A stretch of 51,840 nucleotides of DNA from an uncultured Pseudomonadota bacterium (GTDB lineage Bacteria; Oederibacteriota; Muellerivitia; Muellerivitales; Muellerivitaceae): contig CAWJKT010000021.1 of the NCBI GenBank assembly GCA_963843375.1, positions 1 to 51,840 on the forward strand. Reading direction: 5' to 3'. Under the pieces are notes generated by a model that worked only from the letters and a program-made list of their open reading frames with translations, had not been told where the DNA came from and made no database searches. Both the position numbers and the translations under genes were made by a program. Of this stretch, positions 27,226-37,204 are shown in pieces (the stretch's first letter is position 1; every line of letters begins with the position of its first letter).

Positions 27226-27710
27226 TAACGCAAGGAACCATCCAAAACGGAGCAAACCGGCCCATTAACTCGAATCAAGGATTCATGCCTCAAATGCAGG
27301 GAGGACTTCAAGGCTATTACCAGCCCATGACATTTGTTTCCATCGGAAAGTTTTTGGATACCGGCTTCGTCTATGAAGTGGGAGAACCTATTAACTTCCG
27401 AGGCGTGATGATTCCCTACAAGCCGCGCCAACTGGACATCAAAAGACAGGGGCAACGGCGCTGGAAGTGGTGGACTTTGTTTTGTACGCCCGAACTGATT
27501 TTAGCGATTGACGACGGGGTGATTGACAACTTTGAGGCCCAGTTTCGTTGCGCCAACTCGCTGGACTATTCGAGAAACGGATTCATGGAATATACGCTTA
27601 TTCAAGATTTCATGGGGACTATCAACAACTTGGTTTATGACAACAGCGGGAACGTGACGGATGACAATAGCCAAAACGCCTCGCATCTTCCAAATGTGGT
27701 GACGGAATGA
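27222..27710 (+). CDS. Putative head closure protein
   Basis: Synteny; GQRRWKW...DYSRNGFMEYTLIQDF. Confidence 0.65.
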   Translation: MITQGTIQNGANRPINSNQGFMPQMQGGLQGYYQPMTFVSIGKFLDTGFVYEVGEPINFRGVMIPYKPRQLDIKRQGQRRWKWWTLFCTPELILAIDDGVIDNFEAQFRCANSLDYSRNGFMEYTLIQDFMGTINNLVYDNSGNVTDDNSQNASHLPNVVTE

Positions 27711-28465
27711 GCCTTTTACTCCAGGGGACAAAATCGGCTTTAGCGCCTAACCTAACGGCCTCTTTTGGGGCTAGTGGTGGAGTTGCGCCTTACGTTTATT
27801 CGGTCAATGGTCGAGGAACTATCAATTCCTCAAGCGGGCTTTATACGGCACCGTCCACCGTGGCAAACTCCGTTCCTTTCTTTGATACCGTGACAGTAAC
27901 GGATTCGACGGGCGCAACTGATTCAACCACGATTATCTGCGGAACTCCCTGGATGCTTTTGCTTGAAATTATCCAACGGACTTTGAACCTGGACAAGTCG
28001 ATGATCTGGTTTGAGAACCAGAAGTTCTTTGAGCCTACAAACGCTATGGCGGGCATGTGGGTTGTCCTGATGTTCCCGAATTTGAAAACCTTTGCCTCTG
28101 GACTTCACCCGGCTGGGGCGGTTGTTCCTCCGGGACTTGGACCGGGATGGGACCAAACGGAAAGCTGGGCGAATTTCAGCGGGCCCGTGGACATCAACCT
28201 TTTCTCGCGTGACTTATCCGCCTTGAATCAGAAAGAGCAAGTCATCCGGGTTTTAAACGGCCCTTATTCACGCTTCCAGCAACAGGCAAACAGTTTCTAT
28301 ATCGCCAGGATACCTCATGCCGTCAATGATCTTTCGACCCAGGACGGCTCAGCTATCCCTTGGCGCTTCGTGATTTCCGTTGAAATGCAGTACGCAACCA
28401 ACAAGGTTTTCGGCTCGGATTACTACGATCAAATCCCTGTCCCGCAAATCGTAACTAACGTTTAA
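27707..28465 (+). CDS. Ig-like domain fused to putative tail terminator
   Basis: N-terminal ASGGVAPYVYSV...GTINSSSGLYTAP...VTVTDSTG; position immediately before the sheath. Confidence 0.7.
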   Translation: MSLLLQGTKSALAPNLTASFGASGGVAPYVYSVNGRGTINSSSGLYTAPSTVANSVPFFDTVTVTDSTGATDSTTIICGTPWMLLLEIIQRTLNLDKSMIWFENQKFFEPTNAMAGMWVVLMFPNLKTFASGLHPAGAVVPPGLGPGWDQTESWANFSGPVDINLFSRDLSALNQKEQVIRVLNGPYSRFQQQANSFYIARIPHAVNDLSTQDGSAIPWRFVISVEMQYATNKVFGSDYYDQIPVPQIVTNV

Positions 28466-28476
28466 AGGAGCTTAAA

Positions 28477-29934
28477 ATGGCGACGACAGTATTTCCTCTA
28501 ACGACGGTCGTGAATGTCTCGGTGGCGACCCCACCTACGGCTGTCAATGAATACAACACGAGCAACTTGGCGATCATCACTACCGAGGCCCCGAATCTTG
28601 GGACATTCGGTTCACTTGGATATGCCCTTTACAATTCACCAACGCAAGTAGGAATTGATTTCGGGTCCACGTCCCGCACGTTCCAAATGGCAAACGCCAT
28701 CTTCTCCCAGAATCCGAACATTCTCTTGGGGGACGGACAGCTTATAGTTATTCTCCAAAAGGTTGCCACTCAAACCTTGGTCTTATCAGGAACTCCGGCG
28801 ACAGGGGCAACGGAATTAACTTGGGGCGGAAACAACTCGGTTTCGATTCTTTACAACGCCAACGCCTCAACGATTCAATCAGCTATCCAAGGTATTCCTG
28901 GACTTTCGGGGGCTACCAGTACGGGGACTTTCCTAGCTAACGATGTGGTTGTAACTATGAACGGAGTCTATGGGACAGCTCCTTCGCTTTTCTCGCTTTC
29001 CGCAAACACGATGGGCGTTACTTTATCATCGGCCACCAACTCAGGCGGAGAGTCCATTGGAACGGCTATCACCCGAACCCAGGGCCTTGTCCAATACTTC
29101 GGAGTTCTTTCAAATCACACCTTGGCGATCATTGGGCAAACGGACCTCTTGGCGGCCGCCGCAGTCGTCCAACCGCTTCCCTTGATGTTTTTCCCCGTGT
29201 CCTATGCCACGGCGGACATTCTTCCGGGCGGCATGATTGACTTGATACGAACTGGCTCATTCACTCAAACCCGTTGCCTTTTCTATGAGGATTCTTCAAG
29301 CGGAGGAATCAACGCCGTTCTTTATGCGGCGGCTTACGCGGGGCGGGCTCTTTGCGTGGACTTCTCCGGTTCCTTGACTACGATCACTATGAACCTAAAG
29401 CAACTTGTCGGAATCGTGCCGGACCCGAATATCACTACCACTTATCAGGCGGACGCCACGGCGGCGGGGGCGGATGTTTACCTGGCTTTCGGTCAAACCT
29501 CAGTTGCGGGAGCGGCAGTCGGAGATACCTTGACTTCGGGGACAAACCAGTTCTTCGACAACATTTACAATATCCTCTGGTTCTCCGGTGCCATCCAAGT
29601 GGCCTACTTCAACTACTTGGCCCAGACCTCCACGAAGATCCTTCAAACCGAGGACGGTATGACGGGGCTTAAGAATGCCTTGCGTCAAGTTTGTCTGCAA
29701 GGGGTAGGAAATGGATTTTTGGCTCAAGGAATTTGGAATAGTCCGACCACTTTTGGGAACCTCACGGCCTTTTACGCCAATATCGCTCAGACAGGATTTT
29801 ATATTTATACCTCGCCTATCAGTCAGCAATCCGAAACCGATAGGGCAAACCGAAAAGCGCCACTTATCCAAGTGGCCGTTAAGTACGCCGGGGCCTTGCA
29901 GTCGGGCCAAGTCATTATCAACGTGAATTTGTAA
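28477..29934 (+). CDS. Tail sheath protein (DUF3383)
   Basis: VVNVSV...AIFSQNP...TITMNLKQLVGIVPD...RANRKAPLIQVAVKYAGA. Confidence 0.9.
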   Translation: MATTVFPLTTVVNVSVATPPTAVNEYNTSNLAIITTEAPNLGTFGSLGYALYNSPTQVGIDFGSTSRTFQMANAIFSQNPNILLGDGQLIVILQKVATQTLVLSGTPATGATELTWGGNNSVSILYNANASTIQSAIQGIPGLSGATSTGTFLANDVVVTMNGVYGTAPSLFSLSANTMGVTLSSATNSGGESIGTAITRTQGLVQYFGVLSNHTLAIIGQTDLLAAAAVVQPLPLMFFPVSYATADILPGGMIDLIRTGSFTQTRCLFYEDSSSGGINAVLYAAAYAGRALCVDFSGSLTTITMNLKQLVGIVPDPNITTTYQADATAAGADVYLAFGQTSVAGAAVGDTLTSGTNQFFDNIYNILWFSGAIQVAYFNYLAQTSTKILQTEDGMTGLKNALRQVCLQGVGNGFLAQGIWNSPTTFGNLTAFYANIAQTGFYIYTSPISQQSETDRANRKAPLIQVAVKYAGALQSGQVIINVNL

Positions 29935-29946
29935 AAGGAGACTTCT

Positions 29947-30411
29947 ATGCCTACAGTCGCATTATCAGGAAACGACACGCACGTTATTAACGGAAGGGTT
30001 TTGCAAGATTTCGGGGACGGAAACGTAGCCTATCTTACTTTCCCCAATAACGTAGCGGCAATTAAAACCGGCAAGAATGGGAATTCACTCTATGCCCTGA
30101 ATACTACCGGCTTCCAAGCTAACTTGAAATACCGAATTCTTCGGGGTAGCGCAGACGACCAATTTTTTAATAATCTTTATAACTTATCTTATGCGCCTGG
30201 ACAAAATTTCGCCGCCACAGTCTTGATGCAAGGCGCTTTTGTTAAAAACATGGGAGATGGAACCGGCTTTATAATTCAGGATACTTACACGGTCATAGGC
30301 GGAATATTCGTAAAAGCCCCAGAAGCCTTGACGAATCCCGAAGGAAGCAACGAGCAAAACTTGACTATGTGGGAAATCATGTTCAGTAACACGAGCCGGG
30401 TTATAGGCTAA
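29947..30411 (+). CDS. Tail tube protein
   Basis: Follows the sheath; 154 aa; RBS AAGGAG. Confidence 0.8.
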   Translation: MPTVALSGNDTHVINGRVLQDFGDGNVAYLTFPNNVAAIKTGKNGNSLYALNTTGFQANLKYRILRGSADDQFFNNLYNLSYAPGQNFAATVLMQGAFVKNMGDGTGFIIQDTYTVIGGIFVKAPEALTNPEGSNEQNLTMWEIMFSNTSRVIG

Positions 30412-30434
30412 AAATTTAACTTGGGGGGTGAAGA

Positions 30435-30830
30435 TTGAAAGAGATAGCTTTAAACAGCGGGGCAAAATTGGGAGTGGGGGAAGTTCCATGGGAAGAGGCC
30501 TTTAAACTTTTCCAAATGATCGTGAAGTCTATGAAATCGGTTGAGGTTGACCCAACCATCAAAAACCTAAGTGAGTTCATATCCGCCCTCATTGGGGCTC
30601 AAATTGCGGATGACGAAGTAGGTAAAGCCATGTGGGTCTGTTTGGGCCGGTGTACTTACGGTGGGACTCGAATCACAAAATCCACGTTTGAGGATATGAA
30701 GGCCCGCGGTGACTTCATTGACGTTTGTATCGAAGCGGGCCGGGAGATTCTAAACCCTTTTATGAAGGGCCTTTATGTCGCGTTACCACGGCTTACCGAG
30801 ATGATAATAAATACCCGGAAACCGAAGTAA
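30435..30830 (+). CDS. Tail assembly chaperone
   Basis: Between tube and tape measure; contains an in-frame slippery heptamer. Confidence 0.75.
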   Translation: MKEIALNSGAKLGVGEVPWEEAFKLFQMIVKSMKSVEVDPTIKNLSEFISALIGAQIADDEVGKAMWVCLGRCTYGGTRITKSTFEDMKARGDFIDVCIEAGREILNPFMKGLYVALPRLTEMIINTRKPK

Positions 30831-31000
30831 AGGCCGATGACCCGCTTATAATTTGTTTCAAGCTGTGCGAGGAAGGTTACGCCTCTTCCGTGGCCCAGGC
30901 CAAGACCATGGGGGCGCGGGAAGTCCTTCAAGCTTTAAACCGCATCCGTTTTCGGATGGACTGGGAACTAGCTTTCCAAGAGGTGAACCGTGTCAGTTAA
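30755..31000 (+). CDS. -1 frameshift extension of the tail assembly chaperone
   Basis: C CCT TTT at 30755-30761 in chaperone frame; the -1 frame is open to 31000. Confidence 0.7.
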   Translation, partial: PFYEGPLCRVTTAYRDDNKYPETEVKADDPLIICFKLCEEGYASSVAQAKTMGAREVLQALNRIRFRMDWELAFQEVNRVS

Positions 31001-31892
31001 TGCCGGGGAAATGTACGTCAATTTAGGACTCAAGGGCGACGAAGGAACGGTCGGCAAGCTGAACAAAACGACCGATGCTTTCTCCGAACTTAAATCCATG
31101 TCCATCGAGACAAAGGCCACGATATTAGCGGCTTTGGTCGCCCTGGAAAAAGTCGTTTCCACTTCCGGTGAACTCGGTACTACCCTCCGCAATTTCCAAA
31201 CCCTTTCAGGTATTGCCCCCCAAGTTTTAGAGCGTTACCAATACGCCGCCCAAAAAGCAGGGGTCGCCAACGAGAGCCTTTTAAACTCATTCATCAAACT
31301 TCAACAGACAGCTTTTGATATTCGAGCCGGAAAAGGTCTACCGGACTGGCTCACGCCCATTATCACGAGTCTTGCCCAACATGGACACGATATAGGCCCG
31401 GACTGGGCCGCTAGGTGGCAAAAAGACCCCACCTTGGGATTCCAGGCGATGCAACAATATGCCAGGGAAACCGATATTGACGTTTCAACTCGTGCCATTA
31501 CTTTGGAACGAACAGGGCTTTCGGCGGACCTTGTGGCGGCTCTCATGCGAGGGGCTTTGACCCCCAGCAAACTTTCCCAAGTCCCAACTGACGCAATCCT
31601 GACTAGTTCTGAAATAGGCCACTTGGACACGATGCGCCAAAAGTGGGATTCACTATGGTCTGTAGTAAGTCACACGGGCGCCAAAATGGTTTCGGACGTT
31701 CTGGAATCAAGGGATGAAAGACGCCGGAATCAAATCGAATACTACAAGGAACGCGGGATAGTCATAAACCAGAATATCAACGTCCACGGAAATGGGGATG
31801 CTCAAAGATTAAAGAAGGCCGCCCATGATGGAACAATGGACGCCGGAAGGCAAATTTCCCAAACTGTTTCAGGAAGCGGGACAAATAACTAA
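30990..31892 (+). CDS. Short tape measure protein
   Basis: Synteny; GEMYVNLGLKGD N-terminus; LERYQYAAQKAGV; helical; RBS GAGG. Confidence 0.7.
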   Translation: MSVNAGEMYVNLGLKGDEGTVGKLNKTTDAFSELKSMSIETKATILAALVALEKVVSTSGELGTTLRNFQTLSGIAPQVLERYQYAAQKAGVANESLLNSFIKLQQTAFDIRAGKGLPDWLTPIITSLAQHGHDIGPDWAARWQKDPTLGFQAMQQYARETDIDVSTRAITLERTGLSADLVAALMRGALTPSKLSQVPTDAILTSSEIGHLDTMRQKWDSLWSVVSHTGAKMVSDVLESRDERRRNQIEYYKERGIVINQNINVHGNGDAQRLKKAAHDGTMDAGRQISQTVSGSGTNN

Positions 31893-32689
31893 TGGCCATC
31901 AACGGAATCCCTAACATCAACTCAATTCCTGGACTCTCCCAAGCGGCGGCGGGACTTTCTAATCTCGTTCTCGTGACGCCTCTCATTTCGCCTAACTACG
32001 TCCCGACCGATCAAAACAACAACAGCATCGGGCCTCAATGGATGTTTGACTACGAGGGCGAGAATGTCTTTGAACTCAAGGCGGAAGTGACGAAAAACTT
32101 CATACAGACAAATAGCTCGGTCGCCTACCATATCGCTTTGAATCCTGAAATAGTAACGGTCCACGGTTTTAAGGGAGAAGTCTCGAATCTTTTCCCGCCT
32201 GGACTTCCGCCGGCCACCCAAGTCAACGCTGTTTTAGGGGCTATCAGCGCTTTTGCGCCGGGTTTCTCGGTGTCGGCCATGAACGTCATCAATGAGGCTA
32301 ATCAATCCTATCAGGCCATCAATAACGCGGTAAATGGGGTCGTGAATGCCTGGAACTCTCTTGTGAATGGGACTCCAATGCAGACCAAACAACAGCAAAT
32401 GTTTTCTCTTCTCTACGGATACATGACCCAACAGCTCCAAGGACTTCCGCCTGTTTTGTACCGGGTTCAAATGCCGTGGGGCGTTCTTATCACTATGGCC
32501 TTAACGGGTTTGAGGGCTATTCAGGATGAGAAAACGGACACGATCACGGACTTCTTTTTGACCTTTGAGAAACTACGATTCACTGAAGTAAATACCTTGG
32601 CGGTACTCCAAGCGACTGGCCGGGCGGTCACTCAATACGCCCCGAATGTAAATAATGGGTCGGCTTCCCTAACGGCGGTGGGATTCTAA
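31892..32689 (+). CDS. Baseplate / tail tube initiator protein
   Basis: Synteny after the tape measure. Confidence 0.65.
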   Translation: MAINGIPNINSIPGLSQAAAGLSNLVLVTPLISPNYVPTDQNNNSIGPQWMFDYEGENVFELKAEVTKNFIQTNSSVAYHIALNPEIVTVHGFKGEVSNLFPPGLPPATQVNAVLGAISAFAPGFSVSAMNVINEANQSYQAINNAVNGVVNAWNSLVNGTPMQTKQQQMFSLLYGYMTQQLQGLPPVLYRVQMPWGVLITMALTGLRAIQDEKTDTITDFFLTFEKLRFTEVNTLAVLQATGRAVTQYAPNVNNGSASLTAVGF

Positions 32690-33081
32690 TGCAACAGATC
32701 AATGGAATAACTTCGGGGGCCAATCAGACTTTGACCGTTACTTTGCCGGACGGTTCTTTGCTTTCAATCACACTCATTTACCGGGAGTCTCAATACGCAT
32801 GGTTTATGAATCTTTCCCAAACACCCGGCACTTTTATTTTGAACGGTTTCCAGGTAGTGAGCGCCGAAACCAATTCCAGCGGGTTAGGGAATATGCTCCG
32901 ACAGTTCAAGAATCAAATCAGTTTCGGCCTTTGCTGTTTTACTATCAACGACCGGAACCCTACGAACTTGCAGGACTTTGTGAGCCCTGCCACGGGAATC
33001 AATCCAGCTTCGGGCCTGTTTCTTTTGAGCGCCGCCGATATCCAAACGTTTGAAAACTACATATCGAGCCTAAAAGTATGA
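32689..33081 (+). CDS. Baseplate protein
   Basis: Synteny; TAATG-coupled. Confidence 0.6.
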   Translation: MQQINGITSGANQTLTVTLPDGSLLSITLIYRESQYAWFMNLSQTPGTFILNGFQVVSAETNSSGLGNMLRQFKNQISFGLCCFTINDRNPTNLQDFVSPATGINPASGLFLLSAADIQTFENYISSLKV

Positions 33082-33959
33082 ATCCTAAATTTCAATTAAC
33101 CTACCGGCTTGAAGTGGAGGATAAGTTTGGCCAAATCCAGGTGATTGCTTTTCCATTAACCATTGATTTTTCAATCGAACGAAATACTATGGCCGGATAT
33201 AACACCGCCGAGTTTACGGTTTTTAACTTGGCCGATAACCTGCGCTCTTTATTGGTTCGCAATAACATCTCATTTTCAGATAGACGGTCAATCAACTTTT
33301 ATGCCGGGTACGTCAGCCAAGGGCCAAACTTGCCTCTCGTGTTTTCGGGGTACGTTCAAAACTGCGTTTCAAACCGGGATACTGTGGACTGGATGACTAC
33401 CTTTTCGTGTTTTGACCCAGACCCGATAACTCGAAACAAAAACATTTCCGTTTCCTATGCGGCAGGAAGTTTCCAGTCGGGGAATATCCAAGACATCGTG
33501 AACACCTACATGGCGCCCGTGACTTTCGGAAAAATCGGAAACCTATTTCAAGCCAATCCAACCTTGCCGCGCGGGAACTCTTACAGTGGAAGCGCCCTAT
33601 CCATTCTTCGCAAAATCACGAATAAAAACTTTTTCATCGATAATGGAAAGGCTTACGTCTTGGCCCCTTGGGAATGCCTACCTAATTCGGGGCTGGAAGT
33701 GCTTGACGCTACCACGGGTCTTTTGGGGTCTCCGTCTTATGAGCAAACTTACGTCAACTGCAAAATGATATTCGAGCCTCGCATAGTCATGGCCCAGCAA
33801 ATGGAACTCAATTCAGACCAATCCTATTTGAACGGGACTTTTAAAGTGGTGGCCTTTGGACACAATGGACGCATTTCGGGAAGTTCGGGCGGTGAAGCCA
33901 TTACGACCGTTTCACTTTATAATCCCTTAAACAGCCAGGGATTGCAGGTGCTTCAATGA
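33078..33959 (+). CDS. Baseplate hub protein
   Basis: AEFTVFNL...FYAGY...VFSG...TGLLGSP...NGTFKV pattern. Confidence 0.75.
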   Translation: MNPKFQLTYRLEVEDKFGQIQVIAFPLTIDFSIERNTMAGYNTAEFTVFNLADNLRSLLVRNNISFSDRRSINFYAGYVSQGPNLPLVFSGYVQNCVSNRDTVDWMTTFSCFDPDPITRNKNISVSYAAGSFQSGNIQDIVNTYMAPVTFGKIGNLFQANPTLPRGNSYSGSALSILRKITNKNFFIDNGKAYVLAPWECLPNSGLEVLDATTGLLGSPSYEQTYVNCKMIFEPRIVMAQQMELNSDQSYLNGTFKVVAFGHNGRISGSSGGEAITTVSLYNPLNSQGLQVLQ

Positions 33960-34642
33960 CCGTTCCACTCAACACGATATTTTATAAAGCCAAGGATTCA
34001 GACCTTCATGACTTCCGCAAGGATGATATTCACCTGGATATAAACTGCCATGCCATTGGGACTATCCAATCCTTTAATCCCACACTCCAAACGGCAACGG
34101 CTTATATCAACTACCAAAAGGTCATTTACCAAGACACGGGCGGGGGCGTATGGGGACCAGTTCTATTTTCTTATCCGGTTCTCGTGGACTGCCCTGTCCG
34201 TTATGACTTTGGTTCCGTGGGTGGCGTTACGGTTCCCTATCAGCAAGGAGATGAAGTGATTATCGGATTCAATGACCGGGATATGGACTTATGGTTTTCG
34301 CAAGGGACATCAACACAAGGGCCGAATACGCCACGCTTCCACTCGTTCACGGATGCTTTAATTCTTGGCGGCGTTTCATCCCTGCCTAACGTGATTGATT
34401 CCTTTGACGCCAACCGGCCAGCTTTGAGAAACTTGTCGGGGACTTCTTACGTAGCGATAGGAACAACTAAAATAGAATTGGCGGCGAATGGGACAACCCT
34501 TAACACCCTTCTTCAACAACTCATTTCGGATATTCAAAATATAACGGTAGCTGTTACAACGGCCCCCGGCACAAGTGGACCTCCACTTAATGCGGCGGCA
34601 TTGGCGGCAGACGCTTCGGCGATAGGAGAATTTTTACAATGA
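33956..34642 (+). CDS. Baseplate spike (Gp138-like)
   Basis: IGTIQSFN...LVDCPV...GDEVIIGFNDRDMDLW...RFHSFTDALILGG. Confidence 0.88.
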   Translation: MTVPLNTIFYKAKDSDLHDFRKDDIHLDINCHAIGTIQSFNPTLQTATAYINYQKVIYQDTGGGVWGPVLFSYPVLVDCPVRYDFGSVGGVTVPYQQGDEVIIGFNDRDMDLWFSQGTSTQGPNTPRFHSFTDALILGGVSSLPNVIDSFDANRPALRNLSGTSYVAIGTTKIELAANGTTLNTLLQQLISDIQNITVAVTTAPGTSGPPLNAAALAADASAIGEFLQ

Positions 34643-35028
34643 GTTCTCAATCACTTCAAGGAAACATTATTCGAACTCTTTCCCAATCAGGTGACTTCAC
34701 CTACGGGAATAATATCTCAGGATACCTCGTGGAAAACGCGGCTATCGGCCAGGACATCACGACCGCAATCGCCTTACAGCTTGGCGAATGTTTTTGGGCC
34801 ATCAACCAGGGAATCAACTGGTTCTCGTGGCTGGGAAGCAAGAATCCAAACGGCTTAAACCTCGCGATAGCTTCTGTCATACTAAATAGAAATAATGTTT
34901 TAGGCCTCAATGGCCCGCCTTACGTTTTGAACCGTAACAGCCGGGCTTTCGATGTGACTTGGGACGTAATCACGGTGTTTAGTTCGTCTTTTCCGGGCAC
35001 TTCAAATATAGTTTTAGTCGGAGAATAA
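34639..35028 (+). CDS. Baseplate wedge / gp25-like protein
   Basis: GDFTYG...GECFWAINQGINW. Confidence 0.7.
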   Translation: MSSQSLQGNIIRTLSQSGDFTYGNNISGYLVENAAIGQDITTAIALQLGECFWAINQGINWFSWLGSKNPNGLNLAIASVILNRNNVLGLNGPPYVLNRNSRAFDVTWDVITVFSSSFPGTSNIVLVGE

Positions 35029-35029
35029 A

Positions 35030-36469
35030 ATGCCAGCTATTACAGGAAACCAACTTAACGGGTCAGGACTCACGCTCGCCAACCAAGCGGAGATAACCGC
35101 CTATTTGACGACCAACTACCAAGCCATTTATGGGCCTCAAATCAACTTGGGGCCGAACACACAGGACGGCGAAATGCTCGCCATTTATGTCCAATCAACT
35201 TTGGACGAATACGATATCTTTGCCACACTCTACGCCTGTCGGGACATTAACCAAGCGGTAGGAACCCAACTCGACACGCTCATTTATTGGATACAACGTT
35301 TGGGCGGCACTTACAGCCAGTATTTAATTACGATCACGGTTTCGCAGGCCTTGACGCTTTACGGGCAAGATCAAACTACCCAGCCCGTTTTTACCATTGC
35401 GGACGCATCAGGGAACCAATACCAGCTCGTTTCAACTCATTCTTTCAGTGGGGCCGGAACAGTTGCGGGATTCGTGTTTGAAGCGGTAGACCCTGGGGCA
35501 GTGGAATCGGGTGCAACTTCAATCACAGTTCCAGTTACGAATGTCTTGGGAGTAACATCTTTCACCAATCCAAGTGGGACGCCTTCGGTTCTCGGTATCA
35601 ACGCCGAAACGGACGCCGCTTTCAGGCTTCGGGCACTTGCTTCAGTGGCTATCCCAAGCCAAGGATTTTTTAACGGGCTTTATGCTGGACTCTCAAACAT
35701 CCCCGGCGAATCAAAGATTATCCTTTGCGAAAATTATCTCCAAAGCACCAGCCCCAATGCCGCCACGTCCGTCCCAGGAATACCCGGAAACTGTATCTGG
35801 GTGATTGCACAGGGTGTCGCTTCTCCGGCCACGATTGCCCAAACGATTTATAACCAGCGGTCTTTAGGATGCAACATGAAAGGCGCTCAGTCCTACAATA
35901 TCACCCAAGCGGACGGTTCAACTTTTACGGTTTATTGGGATAATGTGGTGGAAGAAAACATCTTCATCAAATTCACAGCCACTTCAATCAATGGGACAAC
36001 GCCGCCTCAACTCGCTGCTATCCTTGCGGGACTTCCAGCACTCTTACAACCCGTCATTGGGGCAACAATGAACGTCAATCAAGTTCAAGCCGCCGTCCAA
36101 CAAATTGACCCCAATACCCTAGTCACAAGCGCCGGACTTTCGACTACTTCAGGCGGTTCCTACACGAACACGCTCTCACCCACGGCGGCGAATTATCAAT
36201 TCCAAGTTTTGAGTGCGAACATTATCATAACGCCAATGATTCTGAATCCGTTGACCTCAACCGTGGCTCATTCAACGGGAACCGTCAACTTCCAAGCCCT
36301 CGGAGGATATGGGACGATCACCTATTCCATCTCGACCAATAACAGCGGCGGGTCAATCGACAGTTCTACTGGGGTCTATACGGCAGGGGCCACTCATCCA
36401 GCAACAGACACGATCACAGCAACAGATTCCTTGTCTAACACAGCCACGGCAACGGTCACGGTGACTTAA
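35030..36469 (+). CDS. Baseplate J-like protein with C-terminal Ig-like domain
   Basis: AVGTQLD, G.NAETDAAFRLR; C-terminal ALGGYGTITYSI...GSIDSSTGVYTAG...ITATDS. Confidence 0.88.
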   Translation: MPAITGNQLNGSGLTLANQAEITAYLTTNYQAIYGPQINLGPNTQDGEMLAIYVQSTLDEYDIFATLYACRDINQAVGTQLDTLIYWIQRLGGTYSQYLITITVSQALTLYGQDQTTQPVFTIADASGNQYQLVSTHSFSGAGTVAGFVFEAVDPGAVESGATSITVPVTNVLGVTSFTNPSGTPSVLGINAETDAAFRLRALASVAIPSQGFFNGLYAGLSNIPGESKIILCENYLQSTSPNAATSVPGIPGNCIWVIAQGVASPATIAQTIYNQRSLGCNMKGAQSYNITQADGSTFTVYWDNVVEENIFIKFTATSINGTTPPQLAAILAGLPALLQPVIGATMNVNQVQAAVQQIDPNTLVTSAGLSTTSGGSYTNTLSPTAANYQFQVLSANIIITPMILNPLTSTVAHSTGTVNFQALGGYGTITYSISTNNSGGSIDSSTGVYTAGATHPATDTITATDSLSNTATATVTVT

Positions 36470-37191
36470 TGACACAGCCAACGAATACCACGGAATTTCA
36501 AAATTATTACAGTGCGTTATTACCCCTTCAATTTCAAAAGCCGAACGCTATTGCCACGATTGAAACGGAAGTCTATCCGGTTCTCATGCCCCAAGACGGA
36601 GGACTCGTAACCGACAACGAAGGGGACATCGTAACGGATAGCGAAGGGTATCCCGTAACCGTCCTAGACCCGGACGCCGCACCCATTTTACCGCTTGCGC
36701 TCTTGCCGGCCTTTAACTTAGCGACGGCAGTAGGACAACAGCTCCAATTTATCGCAGAGGGAATAGGAGCAAAAAATTACGGGTATAATCTTTCGGGCCA
36801 ATATGTCACGCTTCCTGATTCTCAATATCGATTGCTTTTAGCGGCTGTCCAAGGAAAAAACTATTTGGTGGCCACGACAGCGGCGATACAGTCTTATGTT
36901 GCCCAATACTTTTCTGGTATTCTAAGGGTAAAGGATGAACTGGATATGAGGATGAGCTATCAAGTATTAGTTTCCTCGATTCCTAACTGGGTAGCTTTAT
37001 TCATCAGCCAAGGATTTTTACCGCGGCCTTTGGGAGTAGCGTTGAGTTTGACGACTACCGTTTCTTTCTTTGGGTGCATCACTTATTCAAACCCTACCCC
37101 GGCGGCATGGGTAAAATCGGCTTGTACTTATTCGGCACCTGTGACTTCGAGTTTTCCGATTTTACTTTATTCAGACGGGCTAACGCCCTAA
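36469..37191 (+). CDS. Baseplate wedge protein (DUF2612-like)
   Basis: FNLATAVGQQL...LPDSQYRLLL...LPRPLGV. Confidence 0.82.
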   Translation: MTQPTNTTEFQNYYSALLPLQFQKPNAIATIETEVYPVLMPQDGGLVTDNEGDIVTDSEGYPVTVLDPDAAPILPLALLPAFNLATAVGQQLQFIAEGIGAKNYGYNLSGQYVTLPDSQYRLLLAAVQGKNYLVATTAAIQSYVAQYFSGILRVKDELDMRMSYQVLVSSIPNWVALFISQGFLPRPLGVALSLTTTVSFFGCITYSNPTPAAWVKSACTYSAPVTSSFPILLYSDGLTP

Positions 37192-37204
37192 AAGGAGATT
37201 TAAC

